The notes below the pieces were generated by a model. The model did no database searches, was not told where the DNA came from, and saw only the letters and a program-made list of their open reading frames with translations. From assembly GCF_009914755.1 (NCBI RefSeq), contig NC_060927.1: 64,000 nt of DNA; one strand, given 5' to 3'. Made by a program: the position numbers and the translations under genes. Below, piece by piece: positions 1 through 14,313 of this stretch. The stretch comes from the human T2T-CHM13v2.0 reference genome, Homo sapiens. Every line of letters starts with the position of its first letter. The stretch's first letter is position 1.

Positions 1-74
1 TGAGTTCAAACTCATCCGCTCGCCTTGGCCTCCCAAAGTGCTGGGATTAGAGGTGTGAGCCACCATGCCTGGCC
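1..74 (-). mobile_element. Alu, 5' end, truncated by window edge
   Basis: CCTCCCAAAGTGCTGGGATT...GAGCCACCATGCCTGGCC is the reverse complement of the Alu left-arm start. Confidence 0.9.
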
Positions 75-1291
75 TTCAGATTTACTTGTAAGATATATGC
101 TAATATATTATTGTCTTATCAGAAATGGGACTGTTCATACATCTTTGCTTTGCTCCCTGTTGGTGGATATTGGTATCTGTGACTGCCCATTATCTTTGAA
201 CACCCTTGTTATGTTTTGACAATTTTCCATAGGCCGATTTGCTTTGCTTGCTTAATGACCTATGGTGGAGACTTTTCCATACGAGGACTTGTAGATCCAC
301 TGCTTGCTTTGTTTGATGACTGTGGCTGTGTGTTATCCTATTATATGTCTGTATAACTGTTTTTTTCACCCATTTCTCACTAATGGACTGGAGTAGAATG
401 TATAAATTTGGAAGCTTTCTCTCTCTCTCCATACACACACATCCTAAAAAAGTTGGAGTTTATAGCACTTCTTTATAGGGTTTAGGAAGCCGTGTATGTG
501 TGTGTGTGCATCTGGGATCTGCACAGTTGTGCATTTTTCAATGGCAAAGGAATCTCTTTGTATATGCATTACTTATGTATGATTATATTTATTGCATGGG
601 TTATGAGAAAGCTGTGCTGGTGAAGATGGTGAAGACCCTGCTCTTCCTGGAAAGTCTTGATAAATAAGAAAGAGGCTGCAGGCTGCAGATCCATGCTTTG
701 AGCTATGCGGAAGCTAGATGTGCACAGAATAATGTAAGACCCCCACTTGCATAAGAGAAACAGAGTGGCCACAAGGCGCTAAGAATGAAGAGCAAAGTAT
801 AGTAACAGGGGATCTTAATAAATGATGTTTTAACCATGGCAGCATTTCAGGAACTCGGGGGTACAGAAAGAAGGATGCTAGGAAAGAAAGTAATGTTATT
901 CCAAAGTATGTTGAAAGGAAAGTTGGATAGCAATAGAAAATAAAAACATCATCTAGAGGTCAAAATAATCAGGGTGATACTCTCTTGTCTAGTAATTTGG
1001 GGGTGAAATTAAATTATCTTTCCTTTGCTCATGACAGACATTGTCGATTTATCACAGCATCTTTTTTTTTTTTTTTTTTAATCTTTCAACCCAGAGGCAG
1101 CTTCACATGTCTTCTTTCTTTATTGTTTTAGGCCAATTTAAATTAGTCAGAGCTGACTAGCCAGGTAACTGTTTGCTATCCAGGTCTATAGAGATCTCCT
1201 CTACATGAGGGGCCGGAGGTCTGGGTGGAGGGGCTTAGCAGAGGCTTTGATGAATTCTGCTGCTGTTTCTAAACCTTCGTCTTTCCAGGGG

Positions 1292-1326
1292 AAAACAAAA
1301 CAAAACAAAACAAAACAAAACAAAAC
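1292..1326. repeat. (AAAAC)7 microsatellite
   Basis: Direct reading of the sequence. Confidence 0.95.
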
Positions 1327-1680
1327 AGCATGGAATGGTGGCACAAGTGAAGAGTTTAGCATTATCCTTAGTAGAAGCGAAGTCACTTGTCCATTTGGGA
1401 ACTTTGGGTAAATTACCTAATTTATCTTGGATTTAATTTGCTTGTTTGCAAAGTAGGGAAAAGAATACCCTACAAGACCATAAGAAACATTAAAAAGTAA
1501 ATGGCACGCTATTTGAAACAATGCAAGTGCCAGATACACATTCTTCCTTTGACCATCATTTAAAAAATTCATTCCTAATAGTTCTTATATATTAAGAAAT
1601 GCATCCCAGGCATGTCTACACACCTTCAGTGATCAACTCATGCCGGTCTCATCCTCTCCTCCTCCTGCCACACTTTAGCC

Positions 1681-2015
1681 TTTTTGTTTTATTTGGTTTG
1701 GTTTGGTTTTTGTTGTTTTTTTTTTGAGACAGAGTCTCGCACTGTCACCCAGGCTGGACTATAGGAGGGCAGTGGTGCGATCTCAGCCTACTGCAACCTC
1801 CGTCCCCTGGGTTCAAGCGATTCTCATGTCTCAGCCTCTTGAGTAGCTGGAATTACAGGCACACACCACCATGCTCAGCTAATTTTTGTATTTTTAGTAG
1901 AAATAGAGTTTCTCCATGTTGACCAGACTGGTTTGGAACTCCTGACCTCAAGTGATCCACCTGCCTTGGCCTCTCAAAGTGCTAGGATTATAGGCAAAAG
2001 CCACTGCACCTGGCC
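1681..2015 (-). mobile_element. Alu (S-like) with degenerate (TTTGG)n tail
   Basis: GAGACAGAGTCTCGC...GCACCTGGCC; both arms present. Confidence 0.93.
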
Positions 2016-2019
2016 TGGC

Positions 2020-2540
2020 CATTTGATCTAAATAACAGAACCATATCTCTCTGACCAGAGTCATGGTTGGAAGGGTTGGTCTGTTACCCAGGTGGGCCGA
2101 TGAGAATATCCCATTCCCTGGCTGCTGTGATTGGTCCATGAGTGAATGCAATTGGTCACTCAAGCTGGTCCAATCAGAGGTTTTCCTTGGACTTTCTCAA
2201 ATTGGACTGGGGAGAAAAAGGCCCTGTTTTCTCTGGCCAAGGATATAGGGATGAGAGTCTGGGAGTTGTGTGTCAGGCCTCTGTGATCTCTGGCATTTGA
2301 CAGATAGTTCTGTGGGAAGAGAGACTGCAGAAGTGCTGCAGAGAAATGCAGAGACAGGAGATGGGTGGGAAGTCGAGAGAGCTCCAGTTCATGGCCTTAG
2401 CTATTCCTGGGCCCATGCCTACACTGCTGACACCCTGATTTGGGAATGTGAGCCAGTAAATTCCCCCTTTCTCCTGAGCTGCTTTGAGCAAGGTTTTTTG
2501 CCATCCATAACCAAGAGAATGCTGACTAATAGAATACCTA
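2020..2540 (+). mobile_element. Old MaLR LTR (MLT1-type), approximate boundaries
   Basis: GATTGGTCC...GGTCCAATCAGA and terminal GAGCCAGTAAATTCCC...CTGACTAATA resemble MLT1. Confidence 0.55.
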
Positions 2541-3095
2541 GGCAGCTGGTGTTTCCATTTTAAAAATAAGACTCCTGGGTTTAATGTAAAAGTTGAGGCA
2601 GGGCTGGGCCAAGGATTTAGTCCTGAGCCCACTGCCCTGCCTCCTCCTTCTATCCACCCTCAAAGACCTCATCTGTACCATCCCAGGGTAGGACATGAAG
2701 GGGAGGTGGAGAGTACTGCTACTGCTCTATTGGGAAATACCAGAGTAAAGAGGAAGAGGGCTCTCTCTCTTCCCTTCATATTAATGTCGTTTACGGTCTG
2801 CCTGCTAAAAGAAAATACTCCTATGTATTTTATTGGGAATATGTAGGTTATAAGCAATGCATTCAATTTACTACAAGGAGAAGATTTATTGTAAAGATAC
2901 AGAGAGAGGAACTAGGCCTCTGAGGCTCTGAGGCAGCTGCTAATAATAATGAGAATAGTAAATACTGTCTAGGGCCCAGCTAAAGTGGTAGCCACTTCTT
3001 GATTCCTGTAGAGTGTGGGAATAGATGGCCTTATATGGCCAGTTTTTCAAATATTTCTGTAGAGGCTGAAATTCCAGATTTTTAAACCTTGGCTC

Positions 3096-3580
3096 TGATG
3101 CAGGATAGGCAAGCTCCAGGACTGGGGCTTAGCCTGGGAGGGTTCTTGGCTTTGCCCAGGAAAGAACTCAGGGGTGAGCCAGTGGTGTTAAACAGCGACT
3201 TTTATTGAAGTGGCAGTGCAAAGCAGCAGAGACGCTACTTCTTGTGGAGCAGGGCTACCCCACTGGCAGTGTGCCCAGGGTAGCAGCTCAGAGGCAGTTT
3301 TATAGTCATATTTATACCTACTTTATTTATATGCAAACTAAGAGGTGGATTATGCAGAAATTTCTAGGAAAAGTGTGGTAATTTCCAGGTTGTTGGGTTG
3401 TTGCCATGGAATGGGGTGGCAGCATCTGGGTGTTGCCATGGCAATGGTAAACTGACATGGCCCAGTGGTGGGTGTGTCTTATGGGAAACTTCTTCCACCC
3501 CCATCCCTGTTTTAGCTAGTCTTCAATTTGTTCCTGTGTCTGAGCCCTGCCTCTGGAGTTGAGCCCCACTTCCTACCTCA
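3096..3580 (-). mobile_element. ERV1-class solo LTR (MER41/LTR26-like)
   Basis: TG...CA termini, 4-bp TSD GCTC (3092-3095 and 3581-3584), minus-strand AATAAA near 3202, GTTGCCATGG motifs; subfamily name from recall. Confidence 0.8.
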
Positions 3581-3744
3581 GCTCCATTAAAACAAAGCTA
3601 CTTTGTGGGCCAACTGAAAGATATACATACCCCAGACTGTGGGTTGAAGGGTTTGTGACTGTTCATAACATCAAGTAGGCAGCCTTTATAGAATTTATGA
3701 GTGATTCAAAATTTCCTGTCTTCTTTATGGCTTTGCCACTTAAA

Positions 3745-4715
3745 AGAAATCCCCAACCAAAAGCACAAGCATCAAAAGAAAAATTAGATCAATTGAACTT
3801 CATTTAAAAAAAAAAGTTGGTTCAAAGGATACCATCGAGAAATTGAAAGGACAATTCATAAAATGGAAGAAAATATTTTCAAATTATATATCTGATAAAA
3901 AACTAGTATCTGGAATACATAAAGAAATCTTACAACTCAACAATAAAAGACAAATAACCCAGTTTAAAAATGTACAAAAGATTTGAACAGATATTTCTCT
4001 AAAGATTATTTATATATATAAAAATATATAATATATATGGCCAGTAAGCACATAAAATATGTTTAACGAGTCAAAACCATAATAAGCTACCACTTCATAC
4101 TCATAAGGATAGCTATAATAAAAAAGAAAAACAATTACAAGTATTGGTGAGGATGCAGAGAAATTGGAATTTTCATACTCTGCTGTTGGGAATGTAAAAT
4201 GGTGCACACTGGAAAACTGTCAGTTTCTCAAAAGGTTAAGCATAGAGTTACATATGATCCTGCAATTCCACTTCTGGATATATATACCCAAGAGAATTGA
4301 AAACATATGTGCACACAAAAGCTTGTGCATGTGTTTTCATGCTTGTGTATGAAAACTTGCATGCAGCATTATTCATGTGAGCTAAAATGTAGAAACAAAA
4401 AAATAAAGCATGCAGCACTATTCATATTAGACAAAATGTAGAAACAAAATGAATGTCCATCTACCAATGAGCAGATAAATAAAATGTGGTGTATCTCTAC
4501 ATTGGAATATTATGTAGCCATAAAAAGGAATGCAGTATTGGTACATACTATGACATGAATGTTTCTTAAAAACATGCTAAGTGAAAGGAGCCAGGCACAG
4601 AGGACTACATATTATCTACTTCCATTTATGTGAAATGTCCAGAATGGGCAACTCTCTAGAGGCAGAAAGTAGGTGACTATCTGCCAGGGGTAGGGAGGAG
4701 GGGATGGGGACTGGT
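3745..4715 (+). mobile_element. Old L1 (L1MB/ME-like) ORF2 end and 3' UTR
   Basis: Typical L1 3' motifs: ACAACTCAACAATAAAAGACAAATAACCC, GAGGATGCAGAGAAATTGGAA, GCCATAAAAAGGAATG, ATGCTAAGTGAAAG. Confidence 0.85.
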
Positions 4716-5484
4716 AGTATTATTGTCTGTGCCTTTGTCTACTTCTGAGCCTATGTTCTGGAGAAGTTCTTAACAAAAAGAAGCCATTTCTAATTAGGCC
4801 AACGATGCCCACTGTAGCTCTTAGCTTCCCTATAACCCATCAATCCTTGACTGTGATGACTTCGTGTTCTTGATTAATGGCCTTCAAGAAGGATTTCATT
4901 TCTGCTGGATTTTGACAAATTGTGGGATGGACTGAGACCACAAAACCTGTTTTATCTTGTGGTGTCAGTGAGGTTTGAACCTAGGTCTTCAGAGATGAAA
5001 AATTACTTATTTAGCCCACTCTATCAGGAGGCTTCCCTTGATCTAATCCTGTGTGGCCCAATGTGTGATGACCACACAGCCATGGCAACCATTGACTATT
5101 AATCCAATGCCCACAAACAGAGAAGAGAGCTGCTCTGTATACTGAAAGACTTGGTTGGCTCAGCTGTGTTGTGTCAGTAAGCCATGTGATCAATGGAGGA
5201 ATGGCCATAAAGTATCCTTGTGAAACCTTGAAAGGATTTGGACATTTACAATAGTGAAATGGGATGTTAGGTATCAAAGGATCAGTCGCTGTAGCTGTTA
5301 AAATCAGGATTTAGGGATTTATGATGCTCTTTAGTTATTCCCTCTCAATTGCCAAGGGATGAAATTTGACATATGGCCTTTCCTCTTGTTAAAACTCACA
5401 GGTCAAATGTTGTAAATTCTGTTTTCATCCACCAGGAGGAATGATAAAGCAAAGAATTTCTTTATGCAAGCAAAGGATTAAAGA

Positions 5485-5700
5485 ATTAATAATAATCAGC
5501 ATGTACTGGAAATTGTTATGCTTCAGACATTGTTCTAAATGCTTTACACACAGAATAACTAAGTTATCACCCTGTGAGATAGGTGCAGTTACTATCACCA
5601 TTTTACAGATAAGTTCACTGCGGCACAGAGAGGTTAAATGATTTATCCAAGGTTACACAGAGCCAGGATACAAATTGAGCCTGCCCCTAAACCATTCTGT
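5485..5700 (-). mobile_element. MIR
   Basis: MIR core CCATTTTACAGATAAG...GCACAGAGAGGTTAAATGATTTATCCAAGGTTACACAG. Confidence 0.75.
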
Positions 5701-6364
5701 CGTAGTAACCTGAGTGGTATGCTGAGTTAATCCCACATACACAGGTTTCTGCACTTCAGGACTTTTGGAGCTTTAAATGTGGTAATAGACATTGAAAAAA
5801 TCTCTTCATATCTGGGTGTAGGATATGTCATTTTTCAAATTAATTAATTGCTCAACTCAAGAAGTTTGTAATTTTGCAGAGAAGCTGAGTTCAAACCCAC
5901 ACAGTCTAGTTTTAGGGTCAACATATTTATTATTAACTATTTTGTTACACTGACTCTCAATGTGGTCTACTTTCCCAAAGCTGTTCTCCCTTAAAATGAC
6001 TTAAAAATGGCAATGGTGAATTCTAAAATCTGTTTTAGAAGTGAATCCCTCACTCTGGCATAAGTAAATACTACGTGTTGGTCTTGGCAGAGGACATCTT
6101 TCATTTTTGCCTGGCTAGGGGCTATTATCCCTTCTTTTATTGTATTCCAGTTTTCCTTAGGGGGTCCCATATTCATTGAGGACAGAATCTGAGCTAAGCC
6201 AAGCAGACACTTCCTGAGATTTTGAATTTTTTGTACTTGAGCCACAAGACTCAAGTACAAAAAATGGTGGGAGCAGCTGTATCCCTATATGGAAAACCCA
6301 GTGATGCTGGTCTGCCTGCCTCCATGGAGCTAACTTGGCTGTGTATTTTCTGAGACTGGGCTGT

Positions 6365-6680
6365 TGTATCAGTTATTTATTGCCATGATAATGGTATATA
6401 ACAAACAGCCACAAAACCTTCAGTGGTATTCAGCAGTAAGTATTAGTTGCTTGTGTGTTTGGGGTCGGCTGGTGCTCGGCTCTGCTGATTTTGCATGGGT
6501 TTCCACATGACTGAGGATGGGTTTGCTGTTGACAGATCTAAGGTGGCCTCAGCTGGAGCACCTAGGGTGATGGGCTCTGGTGCACATATCTTTTATCCTC
6601 CAAGCCGACTAATCCAGGCATGTTTTGCCTCTGCAACGGCAGAGGCAAAAAAGAGAAGGCTCTGATACACAAACCCGTTT
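6365..6680 (-). mobile_element. MLT1-type MaLR LTR fragment
   Basis: TGTATCAGTTATTTATTGCC...ATAACAAACAGCCACAAAACCTTCAGTGG start typical of reverse MLT1. Confidence 0.55.
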
Positions 6681-6772
6681 AAACAAAAAATGAAATTCTG
6701 TTTTTTCCCTTTTCTTAAAAAACTTGAGATGATTATAGATTCACATGAAGTTGTAAGAAATATAGTGAGATC

Positions 6773-7066
<294 letters not shown>

Positions 7067-7203
7067 TAATATATGTATCCTTTACCCAATTTCTGTCAGT
7101 GATGATAGCTTGCAAAACTGTAGTACAGTATCACAACCAGGATATTGACATTGGTACAATGCACTGATCTTATTCAGGTCTTCCCAGCTAACTTGTACAC
7201 ATT

Positions 7204-7234
<31 letters not shown>

Positions 7235-7256
7235 GTATGAGTGTGTATTTAATTCT
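7204..7256. repeat. (TG)n microsatellite, imperfect
   Basis: Direct reading. Confidence 0.9.
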
Positions 7257-7296
7257 ATAATTTTATTTCAAGAATGAGTGTGCATTCAATTTTATA

Positions 7297-7587
<291 letters not shown>

Positions 7588-9218
7588 AGATTTTATAATT
7601 TTATTTCAAGAATGTTATATATAAAATCATACAGTCTATAACCTTTTGAGATTGGCTTTTTTTTCACAGCATCATTCTCTGGATGCTCATCCAAGTTGCT
7701 AATCAGTAGTTTGTTCCTCTTTATTGCTGAGTAATATTCCAACATATGGATGTCCTATAGTTTGTTTAACCATTCACTGATTGAAAAATATCTGGATTAT
7801 TTCTGGTTTTTAGCTGTTACAAATAAAGCTGTTATGAACAGCTGTTTTCTTGTTGTGTATAGGTTTTTGTGTGAATGTAAATTGTTATTTCTTTGGGATA
7901 AATGCCTAAAAGTGCAATTACTGGGTTGTACAGCAGTTGCATGTTTGGTTTTTATAAAAAAACCTGCCAACCTCAGAGTTGCTGTGCCATTCCGCATTCC
8001 CACTAGCAATGTATGAATAATCTAGTTTCCCTATCCTTTCCAGTATTTGGTGGTCACTGTTTTTTAAAAATTTTAGCCACTATGATAGGTGTGCAGTATT
8101 ATCTCATTACAGTTTTAATTTGCATTTTTCTTAATGGCTAGTGAAGTTGAAAATATTTTAATGTCTTTTTAAAATAAATCCAAATGTGGAACAAAAATTT
8201 TAATGTCATTATTTGCCATCTGTGTACTTTCTTCAGTGAAACTTATGTTCACGGTTTTGCCCATTTTTGAATTAAATTGTTTGCTTTTTCACTGTTGGGT
8301 TTTGAGAGTTCTTTAAATGCTCTATATATCTTTTGTCAGATGTATTGTCTCCTAGTCTGTGAGTTGTCTATCCAGCCTCTAAACAGGGTCTTCTGAAGAG
8401 ATGTTTTTAATTTTGATGATGTCCAATTTACCAATTTTTCCTTTTACGGATCATACCTTTGGTTTTAAGTCTAAGAACTCTTTGCCTAGCCCCAGATTTC
8501 AAAGATTTTCTCCTATGTGTGTTCTGAATGTTTTCCAGTTTTGTATTTTACATTTATGTTCAGGACCCATTTTGAGTTGATTTTCATATAATGTGTAAAA
8601 TTTAGGTCAAAGTTTATTTTTAGCCTACAGATGTCCATGTGCTCCAGCACCATTTGTTAGAAAGGTCATCCTTCCTCCATTCTTCTGCACTTTTGTGAAA
8701 AATCAGTTGGCCATATTTGTGTGGCTATATTTCTGAGTTCTTTATTCTGTTCTGTTGTTCTATGTATCTCTCCGTCCACCAATACCACATTGTCTTATGT
8801 AGCTATATAGTAAGCCTTAATATCAAGTACAGTGAATCCTCCTGTTTCATTCTTTTTTTCAAGATTATTTTGGCTGTTCTAGGGCTTATGCCTTTCTGTA
8901 TAAATTTCAGAATAAGCTTGTCTATGTCTACAAAAAACTTTGCTTAGATGCTTTGATAGGAATGGCATTAAACTTATAGATCAGTTTGGGGAGAATTGAT
9001 ATCTTTAATATGTTGAGTTTGTCAATTCATGAACATGGCATGTATCTCTCCATGTATTTAGGTCTTATTTGATTTCTTTACTGAGAGTTTTGTGATTTTT
9101 AGCACACAGATCCTGTATGTATTTTGTTACAGTTGTATCTAGGCATTTCATTTTCTTAGGTGTGATTGTAAATGGTATTGTGTTTTTAATTTCAGCTATC
9201 ATGTGTTAAGTTTTAATA

Positions 9219-9537
9219 CGGTCATGCATCGCTTAATGGCAGGGATATGTTCTGTAAAATGTGTTACACAATTTTATTGTTGTGGGCACATCACAGAGTG
9301 TACTTACACAAACCTAGATGGTCTATCCTCCTACACACCCAGGCTAGATGGTGTAGCCCATTGCTCCTAAGCTACAAACCTATACAGCATGTGACTGTCC
9401 TGAATACTGTAGGCAATTATAACACAGTGCTAAGTAAGAAAAGGTACAGCAAAAATATGATATTATAATCTTATGGGACCACGTTTATGTATGTGGTCCA
9501 CCATTGACTGAAACATTGCTATTCAGCATATGACTGC
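9219..9537. mobile_element. Tigger3-family (MER7-like) DNA transposon MITE
   Basis: Termini CGGTCATGCATCGCTTAA ... ATTCAGCATATGACTG are degenerate Tigger3 TIRs; inserted in L1. Confidence 0.75.
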
Positions 9538-9554
9538 ATATGACAATGCAATTG

Positions 9555-9907
<353 letters not shown>

Positions 9908-9924
9908 TTAATGATTAGTTCTAG

Positions 9925-10213
<289 letters not shown>

Positions 10214-11128
10214 TAGGAATGTTTTTTTGTTTGCTTGTTTATTTTGGTAGATACCTTGGGGCTTTTTTTTTTTTTTAATGTAGAAAGTTCTATCATCTAC
10301 AAATAGTGACAGTTTTATTCCTTCCTTTACAATCTGTATGTCTTCCCCTATCCCCTTGCTTTGTTGCAGTGGCTAGACCTTCCAGTACAATGTTAAAGAA
10401 GAATATGAGGGAGGACATCTTGCCTTGTTTCCAGCATTAGTGGGAATGCATTCAGCTTTTCATTATTAAGTATGGTATTATCCATAGGTTTTTGTAGATG
10501 TACTTTATCAAGTTGAGGTAGTTCTCCTTTATTTCTAGCTTGCTGAGAGTTTTTATTATAAATTAGTGTTGGATTTTGTCAAATATTTTGCTGCATCAAT
10601 TGAACTGATTATATAATTTTTCTTCTTTAGGCTGTTGATATGTTGGATTACATTGATTGGCTTTCAAATGTTGAACCAGCCTTTCATGCCTGGAATAAAT
10701 CCCACTTGGTTATAGTGTATGATTTTTTTAAATATACCATTGGATTCTATTTGTATTATTTTGTTGAGATTTTTACATCTAGGTAGCATGAGAGCTAATT
10801 GGCCTGTGGTATTTTGTTTGCTTGTTTGTTTTCTTTTAGTACTGTAGTTCTCTGGTTTTAGTGTCAAGGTAATACTGGCTTCATAAAATGAGTTGAGACT
10901 AATTTCCTCCTCTATTTTCTGGAAGAATAGATTGTGTAAAATTTGAATGAATTCTTCTTTAAATGTTTGCTAAAATTCTCCAGTGAAGCTATATGATCCA
11001 GAGGGTTTTTCTTATTTGTAGCTTTTAAATTATATATTCAATTTCTTTAATGATTATAGGAGTATTCAGGCTATCTATTTTAGCTTGGTTAATTTTGGTG
11101 GTTTGTAGTCTGCAAGAAATTGGTCCAT

Positions 11129-11322
11129 TTCTTCTTCTTCTTCTTCTTCTTCTTCTTCTTCTTCTTCTTCTTCTTCTTCTTCTTCTTCTTCTTCTTCTTC
11201 CTCTTCCTCTTCCTCTTCCTCCTCTTCTCCTTCCTCCTCCTCTTCTTTTCCTCCTCCTCCTCCTTCTTGCTCTTCTTCTTCTTCTTCTTTTCTTCCTTCT
11301 TCCTTCTTTTTTTTTTTTTTTT
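11129..11322. repeat. (TTC)24 pure tract followed by degenerate CT-rich tract and poly-T, forming the Alu tail
   Basis: TTC x24 at 11129-11200; pyrimidine-only to 11322 apart from one G. Confidence 0.95.
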
Positions 11323-11605
<283 letters not shown>

Positions 11606-12484
11606 CCATTTCTTCTAATTGTTAAATTTATGAGTGTAAAGTTGTATTTAGTATTCCCTGATTAGCCTCCTTTTCTTGGCTTCAGGATCTGTAGTGACAG
11701 CTCTTGTGTTTGATTCCTAATATTGGTGATTTGTGTCTCCTTTCTTTTTATTTTTTTAGTCTTGCTAGATGTTTATTACTTTTATTAACGTTTTTCCAAT
11801 AATCGGTTTTGGTTTCATTGATTTTCTCTACTTTCTTCCTATCTTAAATTTCATTGATTGCTGATTACTATCATTCTTTCTTTACTGTTACTTTGTTTTT
11901 CTTTTTTTCTAGTTTTTTGATTTAGTACTTAAATTATTGATTTGAGATCTTTCATCTTTTTAAATGTAAGCACTTGGTGTTATAAATTTTCACCTCAACA
12001 TTGCTTTAGCTATGCTATGCATATTTTTAAATGTTGTATTTTAATTTTCATTCTGTTTATGTTTTTTTTCAAATTTCCATTGAGGTTTCCTCTTTGACCT
12101 TTGGGTTGTTTAAACAGGTGTTATTTAATTTCCAAGTGTTTGAAGATTTTCGTTTTCTCTTTCTGTTATTGATTTTTTGTTTGATTTCATTCTTGCTGGA
12201 AAACTCTATGATTTAATTTTTAAAAATTTGTTGGGAGTTGCCTTATGATTCAGAATATGGTTTATTGTGGTATTCTTTTCCACATTTTTATTGAGGAAAA
12301 TAATGTGTATTCTGGTGTTGTTGAGTATTCTATAAATGCCAATTAGTTCCTGTTAGTTGAAGGTATTGTTCAGTCTTCTATATTTTTGCCTATTTTTTGT
12401 CTAGTAACTCTATCAGTTGCTGAGAGTGTGGTGTTGAAGTCCCCAACAGTAATTGTAAACTTGTATATTTCTCCCTTCAGCTCT

Positions 12485-12826
12485 ATCAGTTTTTCTGTTT
12501 GAATTGCTATAATAGAATACCTGGTACTTGCCAATTTATGAAGAACAGGAGTTTATTTCTCACAATTCTGGAAGCTGAGAAGTCCAAAATCAAGGCACTA
12601 GCATTTGATGAGGTCCTTTTTGCTGTGTCCTCAGATGATGGAAGGCACAAGGGCAAGAGAACAAACTGACTTGTGCCAGCCCTTTTTATAGGGACATTAA
12701 TCCATTCATGAGAGGGGGGCCCTCATGATTTAAACACCTCCAAAAAGGTCCTACCTCTCAACACTGTTGCACAGGGGATTAAGTTACCAACATGTCAATT
12801 TTGAGGCATATATTCAGATGATAGCA
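12485..12826 (-). mobile_element. MST/MLT1A-type MaLR solo LTR nested in L1
   Basis: TTGCTATAATAGAATACC...TTTATTTCTCACAATTCTGGAAGCTGAGAAGTCCAA...GATAGCA. Confidence 0.8.
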
Positions 12827-13564
12827 ATGTGTTTTGAAGCTCTGTTGCTTGGTGCATATGCATTTAGGATTGCTGTGACTTCTTGGTGAATTGTTTTATC
12901 TTTATGTAATATCCTTCTTTATTCTTTATAGTTTTATTTGCTCTCAGCTCTGCTTTATTTGACTTACTATAGCCACTCTTGCTTTTTAATTATTATTAAT
13001 GTTAGCATGATATATTCATTTCCATTTTTTTACTTTCAAACTTTGTCATTGTGTTTGAAGTAAGTTGCTTGTAGACAGTGTACCTTTGGACTATGTGTCT
13101 TTATCCACTTTGTCAATCCCTGTCTTTTAGTTGTTACATGTAGATCACTAACATTCATAACTATCAATATGTCAGGCTTCAGTCTACATTTCTTTATTTT
13201 TTGTTTGTTCCTCTGTTTCTCATTTCTCTGTTTCTCTTTTCTTGCTTTCCTATGGATTACTTGAACATTTTTTAGGGATTATTTTATTTACACTGGTTTC
13301 GAGTATATTTATATTGTTTGTATTATTTTTTATATAGTATTCATAGATTTTTTAGTGGTTGTTCTAGATATTACAATGTATGTATATACTTTTCCACAAC
13401 CTACTTATATCAATGTTTTATCACATTGTATGAAGCATTGAAGCCTTACTTCTATTTAGGTCTCTTTACTCTCCATAGTTTTTAAATACAATTGTCTCAA
13501 ATATTTCCTCTACATACATTAAGTGCCACATCAGTTGGTATTATAAATTTTACTTCAACCATAA

Positions 13565-13902
<338 letters not shown>

Positions 13903-13948
13903 AATAGTCTATAATTTTAATCCTTATTTTTATCTATTTCATGTAGTC

Positions 13949-14313
13949 TGTCTTAGTGTGTTGGGACTACTATAACAAAATGCCATAAACCAGGTGGCTT
14001 ATAAACAACTGAAATTTATTCTTTGCAGTTCTGGAGGCTGGAAAGTCTAAGATCAAGGTGCTGGCAGAGTCAGTGTCTGGTGAGGGCCCACTTCCTTGTT
14101 CATAGATGGCTGTCTTCTTGCTGTGTCCTCAAATGGTAGAAAGGGTAAGGGATGTCTCTGGGATCATGTAATATATGCATAAATCCCATTCATGAGGTCT
14201 CTGTCCTCATGACCTAAGTACCTCTCAAAGCCTTCCACTTCCTAATACCATCACATTGCAGGTTAGGATTTCAATATATGAATTTTGAGGAGACAAATAT
14301 TAGGTTTATAGCA
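13949..14313 (-). mobile_element. MLT1A-type MaLR solo LTR nested in L1
   Basis: TGTCTTAGT...CTATAACAAAATGCCATAAACC...TTCTGGAGGCTGGAAAGTC...TTTATAGCA. Confidence 0.85.
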
